Below, piece by piece: positions 39,630-48,366 of a stretch of DNA of 64,000 nucleotides (the stretch's first letter is position 1; every line of letters begins with the position of its first letter). The translations under genes were made by a program, and so were the position numbers. The stretch comes from an uncultured Gemmatimonadales bacterium (GTDB lineage: Bacteria > Gemmatimonadota > Gemmatimonadetes > Gemmatimonadales > GWC2-71-9). The stretch spans positions 544,001-608,000 of the forward strand of contig CAVVKJ010000010.1 in NCBI GenBank assembly GCA_963748815.1. The letters are read 5' to 3'. Under the pieces are notes generated by a model. It was not told the DNA's origin, ran no database searches, and was given only the letters and a program-made list of their open reading frames with translations.

Positions 39630-41626
39630 CAGCGCCACTCCTCGATCAGTCGCTCACCGAGGTCGGGCCATTCCCACACGCCCTTTTCCGGGCTGCGGAA
39701 GCCGCCCGCGCCCACGCCGCTGGTGCGGACGCCGGCGGCCGGCCGCGGCGCCTTCGGTGCGGCCCCTTCGAGCACCTCCCGCGCGAGGGCGACGTCCGGC
39801 TCGGCGTGGCGCGCGTCGGCGGCGGCCTCGATCCGCTGGACCAGCGCCTGCACCGCGCGCACCGACTCGGCGGGGCGGCCGGCGAGGTAACTCGCCAGCT
39901 CGGCGTCGGGCCGGTCGTACCGCGCGCCGAGGAGCCGCTCGATGACCGCCTGGCGCACCTCCCGCTCCGGTGGGGGAAGGTGCACCACGAGCCCACCCGT
40001 CAGCCGACTGGCGAGCCGCTCCTCGAGGCCCTCGATGGCGCCCGGCTCGTCGGAAGCGGTGAACACGAGCTGCGCACCCTGGTCGACGAGGTGGTTGAAG
40101 AGCAGGTACAGCTCCTCCTGCGTCCGCTCCCGATGGGCAAGGAGTTGGACGTCGTCGAGCAGCAGGGCGTTCACCCGCCGGTAGCGCGCGCGCCAGGGCG
40201 CGACCCGCTCCCGTTCGATGGCCTCGATGAGTTCCTCGGTGAAGTCCTGCGCATTCAGGCAGGCGACCACCGCGCCCGGCGCCGCCTGCAGCTGGTTTCC
40301 GACGGCGTGCAGGAGGTGCGTCTTCCCGACGCCGGCGCCGCCCACGATGACCAGCGGGTTGTAGGCGACGCCGGGCCGACCCGCCACCTCACGCGCGGAG
40401 CGCAGCGCCACCCGGTTCCCCTCGGACTCGACCAGGTCCTCGAAGACCCAGACTCCCTCGGGCCCCGGCGGAGGCGCGCCCCCCTCGCGCGCCCGGGCCA
40501 GGAACGCCTCGGCGGCGGGGACGCCGTCGGGGTCGCGGAACACCGGGTCGCGGCCCAGTTCCTCCGCCAGCGACGCCGCCTCCGCCTGCAACGCCTGGAG
40601 CCGCTCCACGTCGGCCACGAAGGACGAGAGCGCCTCCGCCGGGTCGCCATCGACGCTCCGCTCGAGGAGGCCGCGCAACCGGTCGGTGCGGTAGCCCTGT
40701 CCCTCCCAGCGCGCGACCGCCTCCTCCACCCGGCGCCGCCACCCTTCGACCTGCCGGGTGAGCGTGTCGGCCACCTCACTGAGGAACTCGCCGAACTCGT
40801 CGGCGGGCGGCTCCGGGTCGGCCGACGGCGAGGCGGTCGCCGCCACGGCCTCGGGACTCGGGACCTCCGCCGCGCTCGTTTCGGTGGCGGGGACATCCGC
40901 GGCCGTCGCACGGACGCCGAGCACCAGGCGCGCCTGCTCCGCATCGAGCGGGGCGTTCCCAACGGCCTGGAAAGCGACCAGCCGGTTCAGCGCGCCGACC
41001 AGTTCGCGCACGCTCTCGAGCGCGAGCGCCGCCACCGCCTCGAGGACGCCGGCCAGGAAGCTGACGCCGCGCTCCTCCGCCTTCCGGCGCAGGATCGCGA
41101 CGCGGGTCTCATAATCGGGCGCCGCGATGTCGATGACGAGACCGCCCGCCACTCGGCGGAGGAGCCGCTCGTCGAACGCCTCGATGTCCGCGGGGGGGCG
41201 GTCGCTGGTGAGGACGATTTGCCGACCCGCCGTCTGCATCTGGTCCACGAGGCGAAGGAGTTCGGCCTGCGTCTCCCGACGGTGGGTGACGAACTGCACG
41301 TCGTCGAGCAGGAGGATGTCGGCCTCGGCGAAGCGGCGACGGTAGGCGTCGCCCTGCCCTGCCCCGACCGCCGTGTGGAACGCCTCGACGAAGTCGTCGA
41401 GGGTCACGTACTCGACGCTGAGGGCCGGATCGATGGCCTGCGCCGCGTGGCCGATGGCCATGAGGAGGTGCGTCTTCCCCAACCCGGGCCGGGCGTAGAT
41501 GAAGAGGGGGTTGTAACCGGTGCCCGGCGATTCCGCGACCGTGCGCGCCGCCGTGGCGGCGAGGCGGTTGGCGGCGCCCACGACGAACCCGTCGAACCGC
41601 AGCTGCGGGCTCAGCTGGGTGGTCAC
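39629..41626 (-). CDS. Tandem DnaA/Hda-family AAA+ protein lacking DnaA domains I and IV
   Basis: Two copies of N..A...A.....YNPL, Walker A (ARPGLGKT; GGAGVGKT), Walker B LLDDVQ, RL..R..GG and sensor II SVR. No C-terminal HTH. Confidence 0.85.
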   Translation of the reverse strand: MTTQLSPQLRFDGFVVGAANRLAATAARTVAESPGTGYNPLFIYARPGLGKTHLLMAIGHAAQAIDPALSVEYVTLDDFVEAFHTAVGAGQGDAYRRRFAEADILLLDDVQFVTHRRETQAELLRLVDQMQTAGRQIVLTSDRPPADIEAFDERLLRRVAGGLVIDIAAPDYETRVAILRRKAEERGVSFLAGVLEAVAALALESVRELVGALNRLVAFQAVGNAPLDAEQARLVLGVRATAADVPATETSAAEVPSPEAVAATASPSADPEPPADEFGEFLSEVADTLTRQVEGWRRRVEEAVARWEGQGYRTDRLRGLLERSVDGDPAEALSSFVADVERLQALQAEAASLAEELGRDPVFRDPDGVPAAEAFLARAREGGAPPPGPEGVWVFEDLVESEGNRVALRSAREVAGRPGVAYNPLVIVGGAGVGKTHLLHAVGNQLQAAPGAVVACLNAQDFTEELIEAIERERVAPWRARYRRVNALLLDDVQLLAHRERTQEELYLLFNHLVDQGAQLVFTASDEPGAIEGLEERLASRLTGGLVVHLPPPEREVRQAVIERLLGARYDRPDAELASYLAGRPAESVRAVQALVQRIEAAADARHAEPDVALAREVLEGAAPKAPRPAAGVRTSGVGAGGFRSPEKGVWEWPDLGERLIEEWR

Positions 41627-42225
41627 GCCGCGGTGTTCCCCGCCGCGAGGCGCTGGAGCACGAGTTCCGAAATCCCCTTGAGCGTCTCGAAGACGCCATG
41701 CCCGTGCAGGCAGTCGGCGCCGAAACTCCGGACGCCGCGGAAATTGAGGGCGTCGTCGAGTTCGGCCGGACTGAGGATCAGGTCCCGCGGGAGGTCTTGC
41801 TTGTTGTACTGGAAGACGACCGGCAGCTGCCGGATGTCGACCCCCTGGGCCAGGAGGTTTTCCTGCAGGTTCTGGAGGCTTTCCACATTGTCGTCGTACC
41901 GCCGGGCCTGGCTGTCGCCGACGAACACCACGCCGTCGGCGCCCTGAAGGACCAGCTTGCGGGTCGCGTTGTAGTACACCTGCCCCGGCACGGTGTAGAG
42001 CTGGAAGCGGGTGGTGAACCCGCTGATGCTGCCGAGATCGATCGGCAGGAAGTCGAAGAAGAGGGTGCGGTCGGACTGCGTGGCCAGCGACACCATCCGG
42101 CCGCGCCGCCCCTCGGGCACCCGGCCGTAGATGTATTGCAGGTTCGTCGTCTTGCCGGACCGCCCAGGTCCGTAATAGACGATCTTGCAGGTGATTTCCC
42201 TGGTCGTGAAGTTGACGAGCGACAT
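41623..42225 (-). CDS. mglA: MglA-family small GTPase
   Basis: KIVYYGPGRSGKTTNL, DRTLFFDF, LYTVPGQV and NKQD motifs. Confidence 0.95.
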   Translation of the reverse strand: MSLVNFTTREITCKIVYYGPGRSGKTTNLQYIYGRVPEGRRGRMVSLATQSDRTLFFDFLPIDLGSISGFTTRFQLYTVPGQVYYNATRKLVLQGADGVVFVGDSQARRYDDNVESLQNLQENLLAQGVDIRQLPVVFQYNKQDLPRDLILSPAELDDALNFRGVRSFGADCLHGHGVFETLKGISELVLQRLAAGNTAA

Positions 42226-42228
42226 CCG

Positions 42229-42690
42229 TTACCGTCCGAACAGCGAGCGGAGGCTCGCGTTGAGTTCATTTTCGAAGTCCGCCGCGAGCACCTCGCGCGC
42301 GGGCGTGTCCGCTGGAGCCACCGCGCGGAGCTCCTCGACGAGCCGATCGAAGAAGAGCCGCACCAGGCCGAGCGAGCTGTCGCGGTCGTAGACCACCAGC
42401 CCGATCCATCGGCCCTGTGGGAGGTCGAACCCGGCCAGGAAGAGCCCCCGCGACGGCCCCTGGTGGCTGAGTGAACGCGAGGCGCCGGAGGCGGTGAGCC
42501 GTCCCAGCTCCTCGGTGCTGGCCATGATCGCGGCCCCGAGCGCGGAAGCTGACATCACATCGAGCGCGCGGGTGAACCCGTGCTGCGCCACCACCTGACC
42601 CGACGAGGTGGTCAGGAGCACCACCCGGGCGGAGGATTCGGTGAGGAAGCGTTGCAAGGGTTCGGCCACCCAGGGCTCGATGACGCGCAT
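42229..42690 (-). CDS. mglB: MglB-like roadblock protein (putative MglA GAP)
   Basis: Roadblock fold pattern, HQG, SSLGLVRL and an acidic C-terminal helix ending in LF; immediately upstream of mglA. ATG at 42690. Confidence 0.8.
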   Translation of the reverse strand: MRVIEPWVAEPLQRFLTESSARVVLLTTSSGQVVAQHGFTRALDVMSASALGAAIMASTEELGRLTASGASRSLSHQGPSRGLFLAGFDLPQGRWIGLVVYDRDSSLGLVRLFFDRLVEELRAVAPADTPAREVLAADFENELNASLRSLFGR

Positions 42691-43040
42691 CAGCCGACCT
42701 GGTCCGCGGCCCGCCGCAGTTCGAGTCGCACCAGGCCGACATTCACCTCGGGGTCCGTCACCGCCACGACCAGCAGGTCTCCCGGGGCTGGCACCGCCAT
42801 CAGGCCGCCGCCGTTGGCGCGGAGATGCACGAAGGCCGGAGCCGTCCGCCCGGCCGCCTCCGTGGCGCGCGCCAGCCGGGCCACGACGCCGGCGGTCAGC
42901 GCGGCCACCGCCGCGCCGTCGATCCCCTCCATCGACGACTCCGCCACCACCAGCCCCTCCTCGGCCGATACAACCATGGCACCCCGCACCCCGCGCACCC
43001 GGGTGATCGACTCCAGCGAGGCGGTGATGTCGGTCCTCAT
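42690..43040 (-). CDS. Roadblock/LC7 domain protein
   Basis: GV.GAMVV...GL, AVAAL and NVGLVRLEL motifs; 116 aa. ATG at 43040. Confidence 0.85.
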   Translation of the reverse strand: MRTDITASLESITRVRGVRGAMVVSAEEGLVVAESSMEGIDGAAVAALTAGVVARLARATEAAGRTAPAFVHLRANGGGLMAVPAPGDLLVVAVTDPEVNVGLVRLELRRAADQVG

Positions 43041-43888
43041 GCCGCCCCCTCCAGCCACCGGCGCGCGGCCTCGGAGGCACGTTCCGCCTGGAGCGCCAGC
43101 CGGCCGATCGGCACACTGTTGTCGCGGACGAGCAGGAGGAGCGACTCCGACGTCGGGGCGCAGAGGAAGAGGTTCGCGTCGGCGGTTTCCGCGGCGACGC
43201 TGGTCCATGACCCCAGCGAGAGCAGCCGGGCCGCCCGCTCGGCGTCGCGGAACACACCCGCGAGATGCGCCGACACCGCATCGCCGACGGCAGTGCCGTC
43301 GGGTGCCGAGAGGCCGCCCCCGAGCCGCAACCCCTCGCCGTCGAGCAGCAGCAGGCCGTCGTGCGCCCCTTCCAGCCCGGCGAAAATGGCGGGACGATCC
43401 ACCTCGCCACCGGCGCGCAGCGTGGCGGCCACGGGGCCGCTGTCCACCGGGCCGCGGGGCGGCGGGGCGGCGGCACCAGGAACCGCGAGGGCCTCACGCA
43501 CGCGCTCGACCGCCGCGGCCACACCTTCGGCCTCGGGATCGGCCTTCAACGCCGACTCCAGATGTTCAAGCGCCTTGGGCAGGTCGCCCGCCACGTAATA
43601 GAGGAACCCGATCCCCTTGTGCGCCCCCGCATGCCGGCCATCGAGTCGGAGGGCAATGTCCCACTCGTCGAAGGCGCGCTCGAGGTCACCCTGGTCGCCG
43701 AGGATTCGGGCCAGGAGGTCGTGCGCGTCGGCCAGCTCCGGATACCGGGTGAGCCCGGCGATCGCGACCTTTCCCGCCGCCTCCAGCTGCCCGCGGCGGC
43801 GCAGCGCCTCCCCGAGCGGCAGGAAGACCAGGCTCGACGGATCGGCCGCAAGCCGCGCGGTCAGGACGCGGATGTCTTCATTGCTCAC
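43037..43888 (-). CDS. TPR + roadblock/LC7 fusion protein
   Basis: N-terminal TPRs (DPSSLVFLPLGEALR...), Pro/Ala linker, C-terminal LLLDGEGL...IGRL roadblock domain. GTG at 43888. Confidence 0.8.
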   Translation of the reverse strand: MSNEDIRVLTARLAADPSSLVFLPLGEALRRRGQLEAAGKVAIAGLTRYPELADAHDLLARILGDQGDLERAFDEWDIALRLDGRHAGAHKGIGFLYYVAGDLPKALEHLESALKADPEAEGVAAAVERVREALAVPGAAAPPPRGPVDSGPVAATLRAGGEVDRPAIFAGLEGAHDGLLLLDGEGLRLGGGLSAPDGTAVGDAVSAHLAGVFRDAERAARLLSLGSWTSVAAETADANLFLCAPTSESLLLLVRDNSVPIGRLALQAERASEAARRWLEGAA

Positions 43889-45035
43889 GGCGTCCTCCCA
43901 ATGCGTCCTTGAGGGTGTGCACGGCGGCGCGCCAGCGGCGCACCGTCTCTTCCCGGCCCCGTTCACCGTCGGGCCAGGACTCCAGCGCTTCCCAGCGCGC
44001 CCAGGCCTCGAGCGCCGCACCGAACTGCGCCCGGCCCGCCTCCGCCAGCCCAAGCAAGCGAAGCGCAGCGGGGGCGTCCGGCTCGCAGCGCAACGCCTGG
44101 TTCAAGCGAAGCACCGCCTCGTCGTACCGCGCCTCCTGCAGCAGCACCCGCCCAAGCACCAGGTGGGCGGCCCCCTCCTCCGGGAAGGCCAGCACCGCCT
44201 CCTCCGCGGTGAAGCGGGCCCGCGCCACCTCGCCGAGCAGCAACGCCTCCTCCGTCGCGGCGACCAGCACCGCCAGGTCGTGCACCGGCGACTCGGCCTC
44301 CTGGCCGGAGGGCGTCGGCTCCGCCACGCCGATGACCCCGGCCGAGGCCAGGCCGAAAAGCGTCCGCGCCACGTCGAAGTCCGACCGCCCCAGCTGTGCC
44401 GCAAGGGAGCGGACGTCGGTCATCCCGTCGATCCCGGCGAGCACCTCCCACTCGAAGGGGAGGAGGTCGAGCTGCCCGCCGTCGTCGGCGGCCGACCCGG
44501 TGAAGCGGGGGATGACGCCGAGGTGCGGGACCTTGGCCTCGATCCGGGACCACTCGTCGATCCGACGGGCCGCTTCCATCAGCAGCGACTCGGTGGGAAT
44601 GCGAATCGTCGCTTCCCCCAACGAGTCGGGGAGCGGCCCGTCCTCGAACGAAAAATAGCCTTCCGACCAGCTCATCAGCTCAAAAATGACCTCCTCGACC
44701 TGGATCCGGATCTGGCGCTCCAGCTCCTTCTTGGGCAGCGCCCCGATTTCCACCAGAATGTCGCCCAGGCGATGCCCAGGTCGCGTGCGCTGGATGGCCG
44801 CCGCCCGGGCGACGTCGTCTTCCCGGACCTTTCCGGTACGGACGAGTAACGCCCCGAGCGGGTGCGGATTGCTTCGAATCTCGGCGGCAATGACGCCGCC
44901 CACGTTGAAGTACACGACCCCCGCGTTCTGGCGCAGCTCGGAGGTGACCCGCAACACCCCTGTCTTCCGGCCCAGGTCGAGTAGCTGGAAGACGTCATGG
45001 ATCTGCAGTTCCTTCAGCGGGCCTTCGATCGGCAC
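43878..45035 (-). CDS. DUF4388 + MshEN-like + TPR protein
   Basis: GPL..L.I.DVFQLL....KTGVL, WSEGYFSF and LLMEAARRIDEW motifs; PLG/RLG motifs; C-terminal TPRs. Confidence 0.85.
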   Translation of the reverse strand: MPIEGPLKELQIHDVFQLLDLGRKTGVLRVTSELRQNAGVVYFNVGGVIAAEIRSNPHPLGALLVRTGKVREDDVARAAAIQRTRPGHRLGDILVEIGALPKKELERQIRIQVEEVIFELMSWSEGYFSFEDGPLPDSLGEATIRIPTESLLMEAARRIDEWSRIEAKVPHLGVIPRFTGSAADDGGQLDLLPFEWEVLAGIDGMTDVRSLAAQLGRSDFDVARTLFGLASAGVIGVAEPTPSGQEAESPVHDLAVLVAATEEALLLGEVARARFTAEEAVLAFPEEGAAHLVLGRVLLQEARYDEAVLRLNQALRCEPDAPAALRLLGLAEAGRAQFGAALEAWARWEALESWPDGERGREETVRRWRAAVHTLKDALGGRREQ

Positions 45036-45038
45036 CGG

Positions 45039-47732
45039 TTACTCCGCCGCGGCGGTGAAGATGTGCACCAGGTCCCGCGTCGAGCGGAGCTGGTTGCGCG
45101 CCGCCGAGGCCAGCGCGCCCCCCGGATCGGTGCGCACCACGCGTTCCCACTGGTCCGAGGCCTCGCGGTAGCGTCGGACGCGCACCAGCGCCGCCCCATA
45201 GGCGAGTCGGGCCTGGCCCGCCTCGGGATCGAACCGGAGGACGCGCTCGAACGCCTCGATCGCCTTGTCGGCGCGACCATCCTCGAGCAGCAGCTCGCCG
45301 AGCAGCGTCAGCGCCTCGAGATCCCACGGGTCGGCGCCGAGCAGGGCGATCAGCGGCGCCATCGCGGTCTTCGGCGTGTCGATCCGTCGGAGCAGCCGGG
45401 CGAGGGCGCGCGCCGCCTCGGAGTATGTCGGCAGCAGGTCCAGGGCCCGCTGGAAGGCGAGGCGCGCGCCGGTCCAGTTGCTCCGTTCCTCCTCGAGCGT
45501 TCCCAGTTCAAGCCAGACCTGGACGAGTCCGCTGTCGAGTTGCAGCGCCGCCTGGTACGCGTCGAGCGCGGCTTCCCGCTCGCCGAGGCGGCGGGACACC
45601 CCGGCCTGGAGCTGCAGGAGGTCGGGCCGGCCGGGGGCGCGCGACTGCGCCTCGCGCAGCGCGTCGAGCGCACGGACCGGATCGCCGGTGGCCAGGCGGA
45701 CCCGGGCACAGGCAACAAGCGCCTCGACGTGGTTCGGCGCGAGCTGGGCCAGTCCTTCCGCCCCCGCCGCCGCCTCCTCCGCCCGGTCGAGGGCGAGGAG
45801 GGAGCGGACCTCTCCCAGCAGCGCGTTCACGTCGGCGGGATCGGCGGTGCGCGCCTCGCGATAGCGCTCGAGCGCTTCGCCGTGCAGCCCGCGCTTGCCG
45901 AAGATGTCGCCGAGGAGCACGGCCACCCGGGCGCGGGAGGCGCCGCGGCTGATGGCCCGCGTCAGCTCTGCGGAGGCCAGCTCGAGCAGGCCCTTGCTGA
46001 TGTAGTCGCGCGCGAGCGACAGCGCCGCGTCCTCGGCCGCCGGCGGCGTGGCCGCGACAGGCGCTTCGGGCGCCAGGTCCTCGAAGATGCCCTCGAGCAG
46101 CGTGGCGTCGAAGACGAAGGAGTCGCCGAGGTCGGTCGCCGTCACGTCGGCGCTGATCTCCGGGACGATGGCGATCAGCGGGTCCTCGTACTGCAGGTCG
46201 ATGGAGAGCTGGAACTTCTGTTGGATGTAGTAGGGCTCGAGCTCCAGGGCGCGCTTGGTGGCGCGGAGGGCACCATCGAAATCGCCCAGCTGGCTGAGGG
46301 TGAAGCTCAGGTTGTAGTGCGCCGAGGCGTACTCGGGGGACGCGTCCACCGCGCGGGCAAAGGCGTTCTTCGCGTCCGCGTACCGATGGAGCTCCATCAG
46401 CACGAGGCCGATGCCGTTCCAGGCGGCGGCGTTGGTGGGATGGTCGCCCAGCACGGCGCGATAGGTCTCCAGCGCCGGCTGGAACCGCCGGAGCTGAAAG
46501 AGCAGCAGCGCGAGATTCAGGCGTGGCGCCGCGAGATCGCGCCGGACCTGCAGGGCGGCGCGGAACGCGGCCTCCGCCTCGCCGCTTCCCGGGTCGTGGG
46601 CCAGGAGCACGCCGAGATTGTTCCAGGCGAGCGCGTAGTCGGCGTCCAGCGAGATGGCGTGCTCGTAGGAATCGCGTGCCGCGTCCCGGCGCCCCGCCTG
46701 GTGCAGGCAGACGCCGCGCTCGTTCCAGACCTTCGGCGAGTCGGCGTGCTCCTCGACAAGGGCGTCGTACAACTCCAGCGCCCCGGCGAGGTCCCGCCGC
46801 AGGAGGTGCACCTCGGCCATGGCCTGCAGGGTCAGGCGGCGGTCTTCCCCGTGGTCCAGCGCCATCCGGTACTCGCGGAGCGCCTCGGGGTAGTAGCCCT
46901 TTTGCCGGAAGGCGAGCCCGAGGTTGAAATGCGCCAGCGTGCTGCCCTCGGCGAGCGCGGGACGCATCGAATCGGCCAGCGACTGCCGGCCCGGCATGGA
47001 GCCGTCGTCGGGATGCTCGATGGTGAGGTTGGCCTGGGCGCGCCCGAGGGTGGGATTGAGCGCGATGGCCCGCTTGGTCGAGGCGCGGGCGTCGTCGTGC
47101 AGCCCCATGTCGCCGAGGACGAAGGCCAGGAGGTAGTGCGCGTCGGCGTAGTCGGGGTTGCGGTGCACCGCCTGCCGCAGCGTTTCGAGCGCCGCCTCGT
47201 TCAGCCCGCGGTTGTAAAGCGCCTCCCCGTAGTAGAAGAGCGCGACGGGGCTGTCGGGATCCTGCTCCGCCGCCTGGCGGAACCAGTCCTCCGCCACTTC
47301 CACGCGCCCCCGGGCCTTTTCGGCGAGGCCGAGCTGGAGCAGCGCGGGGATGTCATCGGGGTGCCAGGCGAGGAGTGCCTCGAACTCGGCGACCGCCTCG
47401 TCGGTGTGCCCGAGCGCGGCATAGGCGCGCGCCAGCTCCCACCGGGCTTCCCGGTCGCCGGCCTCGCGGCGGAGCCGCTCGCGGAGTTCCGTGACCCGCT
47501 GGTCGTAGTACCCGCTGGCCCGGTAGGTGATTTCGAGGTTGCCCTGCGCCACCTGCATGCGGGGATCGAGCTCGAGGGCGCGGGAGAATTCGGCGACGGC
47601 CTCGGGGATGAGGCCCTTCTGGTAGTACAGGACGCCGAGGTTGTTGTGCGCCCCGGCGTCGGACGGGTCGATGCGGCGGGCGAACGACCGCAGGACCGCG
47701 AGGTCCCGTTCGGGCAGCGCCGGACCGCCCAT
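45039..47732 (-). CDS. Large multi-TPR protein (897 aa)
   Basis: Many canonical TPRs (AHNNLGVLY, AWNNLGVL, AHYNLS) with an acidic internal linker. Confidence 0.9.
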   Translation of the reverse strand: MGGPALPERDLAVLRSFARRIDPSDAGAHNNLGVLYYQKGLIPEAVAEFSRALELDPRMQVAQGNLEITYRASGYYDQRVTELRERLRREAGDREARWELARAYAALGHTDEAVAEFEALLAWHPDDIPALLQLGLAEKARGRVEVAEDWFRQAAEQDPDSPVALFYYGEALYNRGLNEAALETLRQAVHRNPDYADAHYLLAFVLGDMGLHDDARASTKRAIALNPTLGRAQANLTIEHPDDGSMPGRQSLADSMRPALAEGSTLAHFNLGLAFRQKGYYPEALREYRMALDHGEDRRLTLQAMAEVHLLRRDLAGALELYDALVEEHADSPKVWNERGVCLHQAGRRDAARDSYEHAISLDADYALAWNNLGVLLAHDPGSGEAEAAFRAALQVRRDLAAPRLNLALLLFQLRRFQPALETYRAVLGDHPTNAAAWNGIGLVLMELHRYADAKNAFARAVDASPEYASAHYNLSFTLSQLGDFDGALRATKRALELEPYYIQQKFQLSIDLQYEDPLIAIVPEISADVTATDLGDSFVFDATLLEGIFEDLAPEAPVAATPPAAEDAALSLARDYISKGLLELASAELTRAISRGASRARVAVLLGDIFGKRGLHGEALERYREARTADPADVNALLGEVRSLLALDRAEEAAAGAEGLAQLAPNHVEALVACARVRLATGDPVRALDALREAQSRAPGRPDLLQLQAGVSRRLGEREAALDAYQAALQLDSGLVQVWLELGTLEEERSNWTGARLAFQRALDLLPTYSEAARALARLLRRIDTPKTAMAPLIALLGADPWDLEALTLLGELLLEDGRADKAIEAFERVLRFDPEAGQARLAYGAALVRVRRYREASDQWERVVRTDPGGALASAARNQLRSTRDLVHIFTAAAE

Positions 47733-47735
47733 TGA

Positions 47736-48356
47736 TCAGCCGACGCGAATGGCGTCGAAAATGGCCCGCAGCGACGCCAAGTCGGGCAGGAGGAGGAAGT
47801 GCCCCTTCAGGTTGGACGTGTCCCCCTCGAACTGGAACTCGGACTCGACGCAGAAGACGTAGTCGCGCTCCGAGCCGAAGTTGAGGTAGGTCGAGGTCAG
47901 CACCGCGGCGCTGAGGTCCACGACGAGGCTGGGCACCGAGGGCACCAGCATCATCCCCATGAAGTCGCTGAGCGCGTTCAGGTAGGCGCTGCTCAGGATG
48001 TTGCCGACCTCCTTGATGCCCGACTGCTCCATCACGCCGAACTCGGTGGTGGTGCCGGGCGGGCGCCGAAGCAGTATATCGCAGAGGGCGTAGGCGGACG
48101 GTTCCGGGAAGAGGAGGAGGGTCCGCCCGGTCAGGTCGCCCATCATGTGCATCAGGACGGCGGCCACCACTTCCTCGGGGTCGCCGAGGACCTCGGGCAC
48201 TTCCTCGAGCGGCGTGACCGTGACCTCGGGCACGCTGATCATGATCTTCTTGTTGGTCATCTGGGAGAGCGCCGTGGCGGCGTGCCCCGCCCCGATGTTC
48301 GCCACCTCCTTGAGGGCGTCGAACTGGAGCTCCTTCAGATCGCGCACGTCTTCCAT
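47736..48356 (-). CDS. cheC: CheY-P phosphatase CheC
   Basis: Two D/S-x3-E-x2-N motifs (DALKEVAN, SGIKEVGN). ATG at 48356. Confidence 0.93.
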   Translation of the reverse strand: MEDVRDLKELQFDALKEVANIGAGHAATALSQMTNKKIMISVPEVTVTPLEEVPEVLGDPEEVVAAVLMHMMGDLTGRTLLLFPEPSAYALCDILLRRPPGTTTEFGVMEQSGIKEVGNILSSAYLNALSDFMGMMLVPSVPSLVVDLSAAVLTSTYLNFGSERDYVFCVESEFQFEGDTSNLKGHFLLLPDLASLRAIFDAIRVG

Positions 48357-48366
48357 ACGAGTCTCC

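Noticed and set aside
39629..41626. Calling this gene dnaA or placing oriC here
   Set aside because: It lacks domain IV, there is no dnaN/recF/gyrB synteny and no intergenic space, and I noticed no DnaA-box cluster by eye (not exhaustively scanned).
44997..47735. Long plus-strand ORFs (e.g. 912 aa here, 56926-59982, 53788-56316, 48145-50535)
   Set aside because: These are antisense shadows of high-GC minus-strand genes, with Arg/Gly/Ala-rich composition and no recognisable motifs.
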